From contig CAVRCI010000013.1 in the NCBI GenBank assembly GCA_963719495.1, positions 711,199-775,198 on the forward strand: a stretch of DNA of 64,000 nt, given 5' to 3'. Positions 1 to 9,367 of this stretch are shown here, piece by piece. This stretch comes from an uncultured Verrucomicrobiae bacterium. Lineage in GTDB: Bacteria; Verrucomicrobiota; Verrucomicrobiia; Chthoniobacterales; JAATET01. Positions within the stretch are counted from its first letter, which is position 1. Every line of letters starts with the position of its first letter. The notes under the pieces were generated by a model. The model was not told where the DNA came from and made no database searches. It saw nothing but the letters and a program-made list of their open reading frames with translations. A program made the position numbers and the translations under genes.

Positions 1-297
1 CATCGGGGACTCGAAAATCTCTTCGGCGACTTCGTTGGGATGGGTCCGATGGCCTACCTCAAACGCCATCGACTCCACCTCGCCCGGCGCGCCCTCATCG
101 ACCACGGACCCGCCGTCGGCATCGTCAAACGGGTCGCCCTCGACCACGGCTTCTGGCACCTCGGGCACTTCGCCGAGAGTTACCTCGGTCTCTTCGGAGA
201 GGGGCCCGTTCAAACGGCGAATCGTGCGCTTCGCCCCAAGAGCCGCTGGCCCGGCTGGCGCGCACCGGCGAGCCAGAACGGCTCGACGCGAGCATGA
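1..297 (+). CDS. AraC-family transcriptional regulator, C-terminal HTH (5'-partial)
   Basis: Frame open from base 1: RGLENLFGDFVGMGPMAYLKRHRLHLARRAL...VKRVALDHGFWHLGHFAESYLGLFGEGP, a typical AraC/EutR-type second HTH. Confidence 0.85.
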   Translation, partial: HRGLENLFGDFVGMGPMAYLKRHRLHLARRALIDHGPAVGIVKRVALDHGFWHLGHFAESYLGLFGEGPVQTANRALRPKSRWPGWRAPASQNGSTRA

Positions 298-695
298 CAA
301 CGCTCCACCGCTCGCCCCGCGGCAACGTGTTCATCGATCCGCGCGGGCTGATCGAGGTCATCGTCAACAACGACGCGAACCTGGAAATGACCGACCTGCG
401 CGACATCTCGCGGCTGCTGGTCGGTCGAGGCATCGCCGCGATCCCCGTCCTCGTCACCCGGATCAATTCCTACCCGGCGCCGACGGATTTCAACATCCTC
501 GACCTGCACGAGATCGGCGACTTGCGGGTGACGCGCATCGCCTACTACGCGCTCTCGCCGAGCGACCAGATCGTGTCGAACCTCATGCGGCTCACGGCGT
601 TTCGAAACGTGGAGTCGCGGGTCGTCGCCGATCGATATCTCGCGGTGGACTGGCTGCTGAGCAAGGACGCCGCACCCTCTTTCTCATCATCATAA
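294..695 (+). CDS. Hypothetical protein (133 aa; possibly STAS/SpoIIAA-like)
   Basis: ATGA overlap with the AraC stop; natural codon usage; the fold assignment is a guess. Confidence 0.65.
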   Translation: MTTLHRSPRGNVFIDPRGLIEVIVNNDANLEMTDLRDISRLLVGRGIAAIPVLVTRINSYPAPTDFNILDLHEIGDLRVTRIAYYALSPSDQIVSNLMRLTAFRNVESRVVADRYLAVDWLLSKDAAPSFSSS

Positions 696-737
696 TCTTT
701 GTCTTACACCAAATCCCACGATTGACCTGACCATTGC

Positions 738-827
738 TGTAGCGGCGGTCTGTGACCGCCGCCGTCGTCTCGAGCAGCGTCAATTTCCAGGTCGCAAGAT
801 CTGCGGCGGTCACAGACCGCCGCTACA
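738..827. repeat. REPIN-like doublet (GTAG family)
   Basis: TGTAGCGGCGGTCTGTGACCGCCG at 738-761 and its exact reverse complement at 804-827; related copies at 9118, 25651 and 33372. Confidence 0.9.
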
Positions 828-905
828 TTTATTACCGTATTCGCAGTGCCGGGCGGGGGTGAGGTGAGGGGCGACGAAGACAATGATTAGGATTGAGAGA
901 CGGAG

Positions 906-2714
906 TTATTCGCCTTCGGCGGCTTTGCGCTTTTCTTCGAGTTGCTCCCAGCGGGTGAAGGCGGTTTGGGTTTCGCGTTCGATCTCGGCGATTCTCGCCT
1001 GGAGGCGGGGGATTTCGCCGGGTTCGTCGCGGTAGAGTTCGGGGGACGCGAGGCGTTCGGAGACGGCGGCGTGCTCGGTTTCGAGGCCCTCGATTTGGCC
1101 GGGGAGGCCTTCGAGTTCGCGGCGCTCGACGTTGAGGAATTTGAGTGCGGCCTTTGGCCGGGGTTGGGTTGGTGATCGGCTGGAAGCCGATTCCACGGGG
1201 GCGGGGGCGAGTTTTTTCTTTTCGCGTTGGTGGAGCCAATCCGCGTAGCCGCCGACGTATTCGTTGACCGTTCCCTCGCCTTCGAAGACGAGGGTGCTGG
1301 TGACGACGTGGTCGAGGAATTCGCGGTCGTGGGAGACGAGGAGGAGGGTGCCGGAGTAGTTGACGAGGAGCTCTTCGAGGAGCTCGAGGGTCTCGGCGTC
1401 GAGGTCGTTCGTGGGTTCGTCGAGGACGAGGAGGTTAGCCGGTTGCAGGAAAAGGCGGGCGAGGAGGAGGCGGTTGCGCTCGCCGCCGGAGAGGGCGCTG
1501 GCGGGGAGGCGGATGCGATCGCTGCGGAAGAGGAAATCCTGGAGGTAGCTGTGGATGTTCTTCGGCTTGCCGTCGAAGTAAACGGTGTCGGCCTCGCCGG
1601 CGACGTTCTCGGCGACGGTCTTGCTGTTGTCGATCTGAGCGCGGAGCTGATCGAGGTAAACGACGTCGAGGTTGGTGCCGACGGTGATCTCGCCGGTGGT
1701 GGGGGCGAGGCGGTCGAGGAGGAGTTGGAGGAGGGTGGTCTTGCCGCTGCCGTTGGGGCCAATGATGCCGATCTTGTCGCCGCGCCAAATGGTCGTGTCG
1801 AGGTCGCGGATAATGGTCTGGTCGCCGTAGGAGAAGGAGACGGCTCGCGCATCGATGACCTTCTGACCGGAGGTGCCGCCGGCGGCGACGTTGAGGGTGG
1901 CAGTGCCTTCGCGCTCGCGCCGTTGGCCGCGGGTGCGGCGCAGGGCTTCGAGGGCGCGGACGCGGCCTTCGTTGCGGGTCCGGCGGGCTTTGACGCCCTG
2001 GCGGATCCAGGCTTCTTCCTGGGCGAGCTTCTTGTCGAACGTGGCCCATTGTTTTTGTTCGGCGGCGAGGGCGGCGGCTTTTCGTTCCAGGAAGGTGGTG
2101 TAATCGCAAGCCCAACTGGTGAGTTGGCCGCGGTCGAGCTCGATGATGCGGGTGGCGACGCGGCGAAGAAAGGCGCGGTCGTGCGTGACGAAAAGGAGGG
2201 TGGGCTTGGATTCGAGGAGGAAATTTTCCAGCCAAAGAATGGAGTCGAGATCGAGGTGGTTGGTGGGCTCGTCGAGCAGGAGGACGTCGGGCTGGGCGGC
2301 GAGGGAACGGGCGAGGAGGACGCGACGCTTGAGGCCGCCGGAGAGGTCGGCGAAGGGAGCGTAGGGGGGGAGGTTCATCGTCTCGGCGAGGTCCTCGAGG
2401 CGGACGTCGGATTCCCATTCCTCCTCGTGACGGTCGGGGCTCAGGCCGGAACGGAGGACGTCGATGACCTCGCCGCCGATGTCGCGGGGGACCTCCTGCT
2501 GGAGGCGGGTGAGGACGGTGGCGGGCGGGTGGATGACTTCGCCGGCGCTAGGGGTTTCCTCCCCCCCGATGACACGGAGGAGGCTGGTCTTGCCGGCTCC
2601 GTTGCGGCCGAGGAGGCAGACGCGCTCGCCGGGATCGATCTGGAGGTCGACGCCGTCGAGGATCGGGTCGCCGCCGTAGCTGAGGGTGACGTTGCGGAGT
2701 TGGAAGAGCGGCAT
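906..2714 (-). CDS. uup: ABC-F family ATPase, Uup-like
   Basis: Two ABC domains (GRNGAGKT/LSGG/LLLDEPTNHLD and GPNGSGKT/LSGGE/DEPTNDLD), WIRQGVKARRTRNEGR linker, C-terminal coiled coil. Confidence 0.92.
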   Translation of the reverse strand: MPLFQLRNVTLSYGGDPILDGVDLQIDPGERVCLLGRNGAGKTSLLRVIGGEETPSAGEVIHPPATVLTRLQQEVPRDIGGEVIDVLRSGLSPDRHEEEWESDVRLEDLAETMNLPPYAPFADLSGGLKRRVLLARSLAAQPDVLLLDEPTNHLDLDSILWLENFLLESKPTLLFVTHDRAFLRRVATRIIELDRGQLTSWACDYTTFLERKAAALAAEQKQWATFDKKLAQEEAWIRQGVKARRTRNEGRVRALEALRRTRGQRREREGTATLNVAAGGTSGQKVIDARAVSFSYGDQTIIRDLDTTIWRGDKIGIIGPNGSGKTTLLQLLLDRLAPTTGEITVGTNLDVVYLDQLRAQIDNSKTVAENVAGEADTVYFDGKPKNIHSYLQDFLFRSDRIRLPASALSGGERNRLLLARLFLQPANLLVLDEPTNDLDAETLELLEELLVNYSGTLLLVSHDREFLDHVVTSTLVFEGEGTVNEYVGGYADWLHQREKKKLAPAPVESASSRSPTQPRPKAALKFLNVERRELEGLPGQIEGLETEHAAVSERLASPELYRDEPGEIPRLQARIAEIERETQTAFTRWEQLEEKRKAAEGE

Positions 2715-2812
2715 TGGGTCGGGCAGGGTAACCGAACGCGGTCGCTCGGCAACTTCCGAGCGCGCAATTGGGGTTGCCGGTGCGATGCTAGTGCAAAATA
2801 ACCCTCTCGATC

Positions 2813-3367
2813 ATGGAAGAAATCAGCACCAACCTCGCCGTCAATCCGGCCTTCGGCCCCGTCCTCACCATCGTCGGAGGGGCGCTGCTGCTCCTGCTGG
2901 GGCGGAAGCTTTACTGGGTTTTTGTGGGCGTGATCGGGTTCCTCGCCGGAATGAAGTTCGGCGCGGAGCTGGTCGCGGGTCAGCCGGAATGGGTGTTGCT
3001 GGTGGCGGCGGTGATCGTGGGACTGGTGGCGGCGTTGCTGGCGGTGGTGTTGCAGCGGATCGTGATCGCGATCGCGGGGGGTTACGCCGGCGGATTGATG
3101 GCGATGGAGTTGGCGATCGCGTTTGGCGTCGTGACGCAGTCGGTGCAATGGATCGCCTTTGCGGTGGGGGCGGTGATCGCGGCGATTCTGGTGTCGCTGG
3201 TGTTCGATTGGGCGCTGATTCTGATCTCGTCGCTGCTGGGCGCTCTGGTGATCGCGCAGAGTCTCGGGCTGGAGGCCGCGCTGTTGGCGGTGGCGGTGGT
3301 CGTGCTGGCGGCGATCGGGATCGTGGTGCAGATGGCGCTGTTGCGGCGTGGATCGGCTGCTGTTTGA
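2813..3367 (+). CDS. Multi-pass membrane protein (DUF4203-like)
   Basis: Almost entirely hydrophobic helices with Gly-rich motifs; LLLLGRKLYW start. Confidence 0.75.
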   Translation: MEEISTNLAVNPAFGPVLTIVGGALLLLLGRKLYWVFVGVIGFLAGMKFGAELVAGQPEWVLLVAAVIVGLVAALLAVVLQRIVIAIAGGYAGGLMAMELAIAFGVVTQSVQWIAFAVGAVIAAILVSLVFDWALILISSLLGALVIAQSLGLEAALLAVAVVVLAAIGIVVQMALLRRGSAAV

Positions 3368-3415
3368 AAAAAGTTTCGACTGGCGCCCCGCCGAATACCG
3401 TCGACGGTGCGACTC

Positions 3416-3937
3416 ATGGCAAAAAATCTCTGGACCACGCAATTCCGTTCACTGCACGCAAAAGCGGTCGACCGCTTCGGTAAGGGTGAGCGGACGGCGG
3501 ACGATCTTTTCGACTCGGCGGAAACTGCATTCCTCGCGACCCTCGGGCTGAGACCGATTTTTCTGTTCGATCACGCGGAGGACCTTTGCGGGCGGGGGGC
3601 TCCGGACTACGACACTTCGCTGCTGATCGCATCGGCGCGACGGGATTATTTTCTGAATGTCCAGGGGGGGCACTGGACCAACCAGGGTTTTGACGTCGAG
3701 GGGTTGCCGGCCCGGGAGGATGAATACGACGGGATCGCGTGGTTGCCTCGGATCGTCCAGAAAGCCGAGGGTTTTCTTTCCGGAAATTTGCCCGCGGACA
3801 TCATGTATTTCTGCGGCGGCGACCGAAAATTTCTCGCCGAGCACGACGTTCACCCAGCGGATTTTCTGCGCGCGACGTGGGCGGAAGAGGGAAAAATCGA
3901 CGGATTACGCGCATTTTTAAGGAAATTTGCCGCTTGA
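3416..3937 (+). CDS. DUF5069-like protein
   Basis: DGIAWLPRIVQKA...LPADIMYFCGGDRKFL motif recalled from verrucomicrobial DUF5069 proteins. Confidence 0.7.
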   Translation: MAKNLWTTQFRSLHAKAVDRFGKGERTADDLFDSAETAFLATLGLRPIFLFDHAEDLCGRGAPDYDTSLLIASARRDYFLNVQGGHWTNQGFDVEGLPAREDEYDGIAWLPRIVQKAEGFLSGNLPADIMYFCGGDRKFLAEHDVHPADFLRATWAEEGKIDGLRAFLRKFAA

Positions 3938-4032
3938 TCGAATAGGGGAATCTCCTAAAGCAATCCACAGGCGTAGCTTGCGGCAGGGCAATCATCGCCC
4001 TGACAAAAGAAAACTCGCTCAACGCAAAACTT

Positions 4033-4067
4033 TTGCTTGTGAGCGGCCTGACTATTAATAATGTCAG
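4033..4067 (+). promoter_or_regulatory. Putative sigma70 promoter with overlapping dyad (candidate MarR operator)
   Basis: TTGCTT-N17-TAATAA; imperfect dyad CTGAC-TATTAATA-AT-GTCAG at 4048-4067. Confidence 0.4.
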
Positions 4068-4102
4068 AAGTCAATACAGTTAACCTAATCAGAAAAACCA
4101 TT

Positions 4103-4690
4103 ATGGCACTCAATCCAACCAACGAACTCAAAGAACTCCCCCGTTACGACCGACTCATCGAAGCGGCCCGCAAGCAGCCCGGTCTGAACCCCGACGCCTG
4201 CGAATTATTCCTCACGGTCGTTCGCACCGGCGATGCCGTCGCTGCGATCGAAGCTCAATACCTCTCGCGTCACGGCATCAGCCCGGGACGTTTCGCGGTG
4301 ATGATGCTCCTCTCGATGGAGGAGTGCGTGATGCTCAAGCCGAGTGAACTCGCCGAGTCGACGGGCGTGACCCGCGCGACGATGACGGGTCTCCTCGACA
4401 CGCTCGAGCGCGACCGGATGGTCAAACGCTCCGCCGATCCGAAGGATCGCCGCGCCCTGCGAGTGAGCGCGACGCCCGAAGGCAAGGAGATCTTCCGCGA
4501 GCTGCTGCCCGGATACTTCAAGCTGGTGACCGCCATCCCGGCAGTGCTCAGCGACAAGGAGCGGTCGCAATACAACGCGCTCTCGAAGAAGATTCGCGAC
4601 GGGCTCAAGTTGGTCGAGACGCAGGTCGGACGCGGTCGGGCCAACGGCAACGGCGCCGTGAACGGTGCCCGTGCGAGCCTCAATGCTTAA
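4103..4690 (+). CDS. MarR-family transcriptional regulator
   Basis: ISPGRFAVMMLL...PSELAESTGVTRATMTGLLDTLERDRMVKR..DPKDRR...TPEG. Confidence 0.92.
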   Translation: MALNPTNELKELPRYDRLIEAARKQPGLNPDACELFLTVVRTGDAVAAIEAQYLSRHGISPGRFAVMMLLSMEECVMLKPSELAESTGVTRATMTGLLDTLERDRMVKRSADPKDRRALRVSATPEGKEIFRELLPGYFKLVTAIPAVLSDKERSQYNALSKKIRDGLKLVETQVGRGRANGNGAVNGARASLNA

Positions 4691-5810
4691 GCGGTTCCTC
4701 ATCATGCTGGGGACGGTCTTCGTGATCGTCCTCATCATCGGATTTTTCAAGTTCCGGCAGATCCAGGCCGGGATGGCGATGGGGGCGAAGTTCGCTCCGC
4801 CCCCGTCGGCCGTCTCGACCTTCTTGGTCGACCAGCAAGAGTGGCAGCCCACCCTGTCGGCGATCGGTACGGCCAACGCCGTGCAAGGCGTGATGGTGTC
4901 GTCCGACCTGCCGGGGATCGTCCGCGACATCACGTTCCAATCCGGGACGTCCGTCGAGAAGGGCCAGGAGCTCGCGAAGCTCGACACCACGCAGGAAGTC
5001 GCGCAGCTCAACGCCGCGAAGTCGCGTCAGGATCTGGCGAAGGTGAATCTCGGCCGCGTCCAGGGTCTGCTGAAGAAGCGGGTCGGCTCGCAGTCGGATT
5101 ACGACGCCGCCGCGGCCGAATACAAGCAAGCGTCCGCCGCGACGCGCGAGGTCGAGGCTTTGATCGAACGCAAGACGATCCGCGCTCCCTTCTCGGGCGT
5201 GCTCGGCATCCGGATGGTCGACCTGGGGCAATACCTCACCAGTGGCGACCAGGTCGTCCCGCTGCAATCGCTCGACCCGATCTACGTCGACTTCAGCCTT
5301 CCGCAGCAGTCGCTCGGCCAGCTCCAGCCCGGCCGCACCGTCGAAGTGCGGGCCGACGGCCTGCCCGACGACAAATTCTCCGGCGAGATCACCGCGATCG
5401 ACCCCAACGTCGACGCCACCACGCGCAACGTCCGAGTCCAGGCGACGCTGAAAAATCCCGACGGCAAATTGCGTTCCGGCATGTTCGTCAATACGTCGGT
5501 CCTCCTGCCCATCCGCGAATCCGTCGTGGCCATCCCCGCGTCGGCCATCGACTACGCGCCCTACGGCGATTCCGTTTTCATCGTCGAAGAGATCATTTCG
5601 GAGGAGGGCGAACCCTTCCTCGGAGTGCGTCAGCAGTTCGTGAAACTCGGAACCTCCCGCGGCGATCTCATCGAAGTGACCGAAGGCCTCGAGCCCGGTC
5701 AGGAGATCGTCAGCTCCGGCACGTTCAAGATCAAGGACGGCGCTCCGGTCAACGTGAACAACGACATCCAGCCCGGTGCCGAGCTCGCGCCGACCGTGAC
5801 CGAGAGCTAA
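4683..5810 (+). CDS. RND efflux periplasmic adaptor (membrane fusion protein)
   Basis: N-terminal TM anchor, IRAPFSGVLG, LRSGMFV, GLEPGQEIVSSG; overlaps the marR stop. Confidence 0.92.
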   Translation: MLKRFLIMLGTVFVIVLIIGFFKFRQIQAGMAMGAKFAPPPSAVSTFLVDQQEWQPTLSAIGTANAVQGVMVSSDLPGIVRDITFQSGTSVEKGQELAKLDTTQEVAQLNAAKSRQDLAKVNLGRVQGLLKKRVGSQSDYDAAAAEYKQASAATREVEALIERKTIRAPFSGVLGIRMVDLGQYLTSGDQVVPLQSLDPIYVDFSLPQQSLGQLQPGRTVEVRADGLPDDKFSGEITAIDPNVDATTRNVRVQATLKNPDGKLRSGMFVNTSVLLPIRESVVAIPASAIDYAPYGDSVFIVEEIISEEGEPFLGVRQQFVKLGTSRGDLIEVTEGLEPGQEIVSSGTFKIKDGAPVNVNNDIQPGAELAPTVTES

Positions 5811-5814
5811 GCGC

Positions 5815-8800
5815 ATGAGATTCACCGACCTGTTCGTCAAGCGGCCCGTCCTGGCGATCGTCGTCAATCTCGTGATCCTGATCGCCGGCTTCACGGCGAT
5901 CCAGTCGCTGAACGTCCGCCAATATCCGCGCAGCGACATTTCGGTCGTCACCGTCACGACCGTCTACGTCGGCGCGAATGCCGACCTCGTCCGCGGCTAC
6001 ATCACGACGCCGCTCGAGCGCGTGATCGCCAGCGCCGACGGGATCGATTACATGGATTCGTCCAGCGCGCAGGGCGTCAGCACGATCTCCGTCCACCTCG
6101 AGCTGAACTACGACACCAACGCCGCGCTCACCCAGATCCAAGCCAAGATCGCGCAGGTCCGCAACGACCTCCCGCCCGAAGCCGAGGCTCCGACGGTCGA
6201 AGTCGAGAACGCCGACGACCGGTTTGCGTCGATGTATTTGAGCTTCTCGTCGACCGAACTCGACTCGAATCAGATCACCGATTTCCTGACCCGCGTCGTC
6301 CAGCCCAAGCTCACCGCCGTCGCTGGCGTCCAGCGAGCCGACATCCTGGGAGCGCGGAATTTCGCGATGCGCATCTGGCTCGATCCGCAGAAGATGGCGG
6401 CCTACGGGCTCTCGCCCACCGAGATCCGCGACGCCCTCTCGTCGAACAATTACCTCTCCGCCATCGGACGCACCAAGGGCTCGATGATCTCGGTGAACCT
6501 GGTCGCGAACACCGACCTCACCTCCGAGGCGGAGTTTCAGCAACTCGTCGTCAGCGAGCAGGACGGCGTGATCGTGCGCCTCGGCGACGTCGCCAAGGTC
6601 GAACTCGGAGCCGAGAGCTACGATGAAGACGTCCGCTTCGACGACAAGGCCGCCACCTTCATCGGCATCTGGGCGCTACCCACCGCGAACAGCCTCGACG
6701 TCATTCAGCGCGTGCGCCTCGCGCTGCCCGCGATCGAAAAATCCCTCCCGCCCGGGATCGAGCTGAGCATTCCCTACGACTCGACGAAATACATTCAGAA
6801 CGCCATCGAGGACGTCATCAAGACCCTCGGCGAGACGTTGCTCATCGTCATCATCGTCATCTTTCTCTTCCTCGGTTCCCTGCGCTCGGTGCTCATCCCC
6901 GTCGTCGCGATCCCGATCTCGCTCGTTGGCGCGGTGTTTCTCATGCTCATCGCGGGATTCACGATCAATCTGCTCACGCTACTGGCCATCGTCCTCGCCG
7001 TCGGACTCGTGGTCGACGACGCCATCGTCGTCGTGGAAAACGTCGAGCGGCATTTGCAGAACGGCATGTCCGGGTTCGACGCGGCCATTCGCGGAGCGCG
7101 GGAATTGTTCACGCCGATCATCGCGATGACGGTGACCCTCGCCGCCGTCTACACGCCGGTCGGACTGCAGGGCGGATTGACGGGCGCGCTCTTCCGCGAG
7201 TTTGCCTTCACGCTCGCGGGCGCGGTCCTCATCTCCGGCGTCGTCGCGGTGACGCTGTCGCCGATGATGTCGTCCAAGCTCCTGCGCAAGGGTGACTCCG
7301 AGCGCGGATTCGCCGGTTGGGTGAATCGCCGACTGAACTGGGTGCGGGAAAAATACCTGAAGCTGCTCGCCGGCTCGCTGAACTATCGCCCCGTCGTCTA
7401 CACGCTCTGGATCATCGTGATGCTGCTCGGCGTCGTGTTTTTCCTGTTCGTGAATCTGTTCAAGGAACTCGCGCCCAAGGAGGATCAGGGCATCGTCTTC
7501 GGAATCGTGCAGACCGCCGCCACCGCGACGCTGGATCAGGTGTCGCTCTACACCAAAAGCGTCTACGATGTCTTCGCGTCGTTCCCGGAGACGGACCACG
7601 TCTTCCAGCGCACCGGCCCGGGCGGCGGGTTCTCCGGCATGGTGACCAAGCCCTGGAGCGAACGCGACACCGACACCGAGACACTGCAATTCGCCGCCAA
7701 CGCCGGAATCGCCAAGATCCCCGGCGTCCAGGTCTTCGTCACCACACCGCCGCCGCTCCCGGGCGGTAGTCAATTTCCCGTCGAGTTCGTCATCTCGTCG
7801 ACGGCGGAGCCCGAAGATCTCTTCAAGATCGGCCAGGAACTCGAGAAAGAAGCCATGGCCAGCGGCCTCTTCATCTTCACCAACCTCGACCTCAAATACG
7901 ACCAACCGCTCACCGAGATCGTCTTCGACCGTGACAAGGTGGCCGCGCTCGGCCTCGACCTCCGACAGGTCGGCGCCGACCTCGGCACGATGGTCGGCGG
8001 CAACTACGTCAACCGCTTCCAGATCCAGGGCCGGAGTTACAAGGTGATCCCGCAGGTGACCCGCGAGAGCCGCTTGAATTCGAATCAACTGCTCGACTAC
8101 TACGTGAGCGGCCCGAACGGAAATCTCGTCCAGTTGGCAACCTTCGCGAGCTTGAAAACCAGCACCGAGCCGCGCGAGATCAAGCGTTTCCAGCAATTGA
8201 ACTCCGTGACGCTCGCCGGCGGCGTGCGTCCGGGCGCCACGGTCGACGAAGCGCTCACCTTCCTCGAAGGCAAGTGCGCCGAGATCCTGCCAGCCGGCTA
8301 CGTCATCGATTACGCCGGCGAGTCGCGGCAGCTGCGCGTCGAGGGCAGCAAATTTCTGCCGATGTTCGCCCTCTCGTTCATCCTGATTTTCCTGGTGCTC
8401 GCCGCTCAGTTCGAGAGCTTCCGCGATCCGTTCATTATCCTCTTCGGCTCGGTGCCGCTGGCGCTTGCGGGTGCTTTGCTCTTCCCATTCCTCGGGTTCA
8501 CGACGCTCAACGTTTACAGTCAGGTCGGCTTGATCACGCTCGTCGGTCTGGTCTCGAAGAACGGCATTCTGATCGTGGAATTTGCGAACCAGCTCCAGCT
8601 CGAGGGCAGGGACAAGCTCACGGCCATCATCGAGGCCTCCGGCACGCGGCTGCGACCGATCCTCATGACGTCCGTCGCCACGGTCGCCGGGCATTTTCCA
8701 TTGATCCTCGCCAGTGGCCCGGGAGCGGGCGCGCGCAACAGCATTGGTTGGGTGCTCGTGACTGGCATGGTGATCGGCACGGCCTTCACGCTCTTCGTCG

Positions 8801-8913
8801 TGCCGTCGATCTACATGCTGATCGCCCGGGATCGTCGAAACGACCGCCAGGAAGGGGGGCGCGCGCGTGAATTGGAGCCCCGCCCGTCGGCTCCGGCAGC
8901 CGTCCCGGCGTAG
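5815..8913 (+). CDS. RND efflux permease (AcrB/MexW-type)
   Basis: 1032 aa; FVKRPVLA, GLVVDDAIVVVENV, KNGILIVEFA, RLRPILMT. Confidence 0.95.
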   Translation: MRFTDLFVKRPVLAIVVNLVILIAGFTAIQSLNVRQYPRSDISVVTVTTVYVGANADLVRGYITTPLERVIASADGIDYMDSSSAQGVSTISVHLELNYDTNAALTQIQAKIAQVRNDLPPEAEAPTVEVENADDRFASMYLSFSSTELDSNQITDFLTRVVQPKLTAVAGVQRADILGARNFAMRIWLDPQKMAAYGLSPTEIRDALSSNNYLSAIGRTKGSMISVNLVANTDLTSEAEFQQLVVSEQDGVIVRLGDVAKVELGAESYDEDVRFDDKAATFIGIWALPTANSLDVIQRVRLALPAIEKSLPPGIELSIPYDSTKYIQNAIEDVIKTLGETLLIVIIVIFLFLGSLRSVLIPVVAIPISLVGAVFLMLIAGFTINLLTLLAIVLAVGLVVDDAIVVVENVERHLQNGMSGFDAAIRGARELFTPIIAMTVTLAAVYTPVGLQGGLTGALFREFAFTLAGAVLISGVVAVTLSPMMSSKLLRKGDSERGFAGWVNRRLNWVREKYLKLLAGSLNYRPVVYTLWIIVMLLGVVFFLFVNLFKELAPKEDQGIVFGIVQTAATATLDQVSLYTKSVYDVFASFPETDHVFQRTGPGGGFSGMVTKPWSERDTDTETLQFAANAGIAKIPGVQVFVTTPPPLPGGSQFPVEFVISSTAEPEDLFKIGQELEKEAMASGLFIFTNLDLKYDQPLTEIVFDRDKVAALGLDLRQVGADLGTMVGGNYVNRFQIQGRSYKVIPQVTRESRLNSNQLLDYYVSGPNGNLVQLATFASLKTSTEPREIKRFQQLNSVTLAGGVRPGATVDEALTFLEGKCAEILPAGYVIDYAGESRQLRVEGSKFLPMFALSFILIFLVLAAQFESFRDPFIILFGSVPLALAGALLFPFLGFTTLNVYSQVGLITLVGLVSKNGILIVEFANQLQLEGRDKLTAIIEASGTRLRPILMTSVATVAGHFPLILASGPGAGARNSIGWVLVTGMVIGTAFTLFVVPSIYMLIARDRRNDRQEGGRARELEPRPSAPAAVPA

Positions 8914-8935
8914 GCCGGGTGCGGGGAAAGAGGAG

Positions 8936-9007
8936 AGCCGGTTGTCGGACTCGAACCGACGACCAGCTGATTACAAATCAGCTGCTCTACCACTGAGCTA
9001 AACCGGC
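8936..9007 (-). tRNA. tRNA-Thr(TGT)
   Basis: Reverse complement GCCGGTTTAGCTCAGTGGTAGAGCAGCTGATTTGTAATCAGCTGGTCGTCGGTTCGAGTCCGACAACCGGCT folds as a cloverleaf; CCA not encoded. Confidence 0.95.
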
Positions 9008-9114
9008 GACAGCAGCCCATGATCTACCGCCGTCCAGCGCATCGGGCGAGGCGAATTTTATCGGAGATCTGGATGATTGGTTCTCATAACAAATCGCACG
9101 ATGAACCCAACCGT

Positions 9115-9187
9115 GGCTGTAGCGGCGGTCTATGACCGCCGGCGGCCTGGCAAGAGGGGAAGATTCAATTGTCGCGGAAATCAGCGG
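9115..9187. repeat. GTAG-family REP with spacer (partner arm lost)
   Basis: TGTAGCGGCGGTCTATGACCGCCG at 9118; the following spacer matches the reverse complement of ~33395-33466. Confidence 0.85.
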
Positions 9188-9367
9188 GAGTCCACTGATC
9201 TTCGAGATTTGGTATCACGCGGATGCTCGGCGGCGCCGAGATCCGGATAACCGGATAACGGGTGCATTTCTCCGAGCCTCCGCGCTTCCGCGTAAGAAAA
9301 GTATTCCAACCATCCCTTCCCCCTTTCCCGGTCGATCTCATGTGGTAGATTTCCGACCCTTCGATAT

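Noticed and set aside
1227..2801. 524-aa + strand ORF and similar long antisense ORFs (6979-8694, 20816-23989, 38213-40474, 43038-46091)
   Set aside because: Shadow ORFs opposite well-supported genes in high-GC DNA, with no motifs
8915..8940. attL/attR duplicate of the tRNA-Thr 3' end
   Set aside because: No second copy or integrase found by eye in the window
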